From: Spongospora subterranea f. sp. subterranea
Lineage: Eukaryota
Direction: 5' to 3'
DNA: 64,000 nucleotides
NCBI GenBank assembly: GCA_049724395.1
Contig: JAUGWO010000091.1
Location: 124,001-188,000 of the forward strand
How positions within the stretch are numbered: position 1 is the first letter of the stretch; every line of letters begins with the position of its first letter. The notes beneath the pieces were generated by a model. The model was not told the origin of the DNA and did no database searches. It was given only the letters and a program-made list of their open reading frames with translations. Made by a program: the position numbers and the translations under genes. Of the stretch, positions 62,227 through 64,000 are shown piece by piece.

Positions 62227-64000
62227 TTATTTTACGAGTGCGAAACCGAAGTCAGGACTGCTGTGTAACATAACGATTCGGACATCGGAAGGAACTTTGA
62301 TCTCGATCAGACTTTGATCTTCTGAATTCGGTCGCCCCCATTGGTAGAGTTCCCCAGTATCTAAAAGTGCAAGGTTCTTGTCAAATCCAGCGGCTATTTT
62401 CACTACTCGTTTCCCAATAAAATGGTCGATCGGCGAGGGAACTTCCGCGACTTCAATTCCTCCTACGACCGCTGGCAAACGAGCATTTTCGTTTCTCCAG
62501 GAATAAACTGTGCCGCTGCCTACGGTTCCGTTAACACCATAGAACCTTATTTAACTGATCATACCTGATAGGACCAACGACGAATTGCCGCATGTACTGA
62601 TGGCGACCGCTTTTTCGTTATTCGGCAGACCTACAGCCAATACTTCGGCAGAAGGCGAACTCATGTACAAGATGCGGCCAGAACTCTCTAATGCCAGAAA
62701 CCTTTTCGAACCACCAGCGATGTCAACCACACCTGTTACTACAACAGGATCTTTTGCAATGCTTCTTTGAACAGGGACCGGGTTCGATGTAGACCAAGTC
62801 CAGATCTGTCCCAGAGCATCCCGGGCGATATTAAGTGGGCCGAAACGGCAAACTTGAGCGGCATGGTTATTTGCCATCTCCATTGCATATGCACCAGTTG
62901 TTTTGTTCCAGGACATGACATCGCCGTCGATAACCGCCAACGAGTCTACAAATAAATCTGTTAGCATATACCACATGCAACAGGGCCGTGTAGGACCAAA
63001 TACCTCCATTGGAATCAACATGGATGTCGGTAAGAGGGCATGAGTCGAACTGAACCATCAGCTGCCGGTCTTGAATACGAAGTAATTGCATGGATGCTGT
63101 CACCATTATTGAGTCTTCACCGGAAGCCAGGGCCCTTGCCATGAAACCGAAGTCATGTACGTCAGTGGGATCCCTCCATAAAATTGCCTTGAAAAATGAT
63201 TCGGAAGAAGAATCAGGCTTGTCGCAAGACTTAAATTCGGACATTAATGTAGAACTTGCTAGTTTCGTAAAGGTTTCAAGAATTTGTTGTCTTCGTTTGC
63301 GAGTTTGCTCTGGGTCCTGCACCGGTGCTAGTACAGTCTCCAACGATTCAACAATTGGCTTGGTCTCAACAGTCTTGACCTTTGTCTTTGATTTTGCCTG
63401 CTGTTCGACCTCTTTCGCCAAAGCGTTTGCTTTCTCTTGTTCAAGGGCCTTTTCTTTACGTCTCAAACAAGCAGTTTCCGAGTCGACGGCAATTTGTGAT
63501 CGTATTGACAAGAGCGGCATTGCCAGAGCTAAATTCGTTAGCTTCTTATGCACATGTTTGTACATCTCTGCATCGGGACTAGGTTTGATTTTCGACTCAG
63601 AAACCAATGTTTCTAAACGAAACCGGAATTCTTCGATATTAGGGTGTCCCAAACTCGATACTAGCTCCAATATTGAATACTGTCAAGTAAGTTAGAACAA
63701 GTTGCAGGGACTGGTAGTGGAATGCAGTACCAGAGACGCCACGTCGTAATCCCAAGCCAACGATAGCCGTATCCGCCGCGGTAGAGCCGAATACATATCA
63801 TTCGCCAAGTCGATAAACTTGGAGAATAAATCTGGAGAATACCATATACCGTGTCGACGGTTCCTTGTATAGAATTTGGCTGGACGTGTCTCAACTGGAA
63901 TTTCGGCTGAATGAACTGATTCGACAATATTCAAAATTAACGATCGCATTCGTAGTCGATGCTCTTCGCCTTGAACTGTTCTTCGATAAGATTTTGTTAA
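62227..64000 (-). CDS. RCC1-repeat-containing protein; 5' end beyond or near the window edge
   Basis: RCC1-like blades VVDIAGGSKRFLALESSGRI, AISTCGNSSLVL, GTVYSW, VVKIAAGFDKNLALLDTGELYQWG; preceded by a charged coiled-coil region. Confidence 0.7.

Noticed and set aside
63090..63695. 201-aa plus-strand ORF and similar long antisense ORFs over the RRM, CDC50, RSP3 and hAT genes
   Set aside because: Shadow ORFs of real coding strands, with no motifs of their own.

Overview
Eukaryotic nuclear DNA from a gene-dense genome with many short (~50-100 nt) spliceosomal introns and the standard code. A radial-spoke gene implies a flagellated stage; the style is compatible with a plasmodiophorid-like protist, but that is an unverified impression. 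Recognisable host genes: kinesin-3 (motor-FHA-PH), a two-RRM hnRNP/Hrp1-like protein, SMG9, NTAQ1, PEX7, a fucosyltransferase-like protein, a Reeler-domain secreted protein, CDC50, PIG-W/GWT1, UBC9, LEO1, a GLG1-type Cys-rich-repeat membrane protein, an EF-hand protein, a Rif1-N-like HEAT protein, RSP3, a CCT-domain protein and an RCC1-repeat protein. There are two transposon-rich islands. At ~11-23 kb: three DD39D mariner pieces, a piggyBac-like transposase, a Ty3/gypsy remnant and a chromodomain-bearing Ty1/copia. At ~51.5-60.8 kb: a MULE, a Crypton-like tyrosine recombinase and a young complete hAT with perfect TIRs/TSD that splits a host ORF. Best leads: the chromodomain copia, a ~230-nt orphan fold-back hairpin at 10.15-10.38 kb, and an inverted MULE fragment captured between 42-bp direct repeats. 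Single-base frameshifts in homopolymers of conserved genes suggest assembly indel errors, so frameshift-based pseudogene calls are provisional. All assignments are from motif recognition by eye; no database searches were run.
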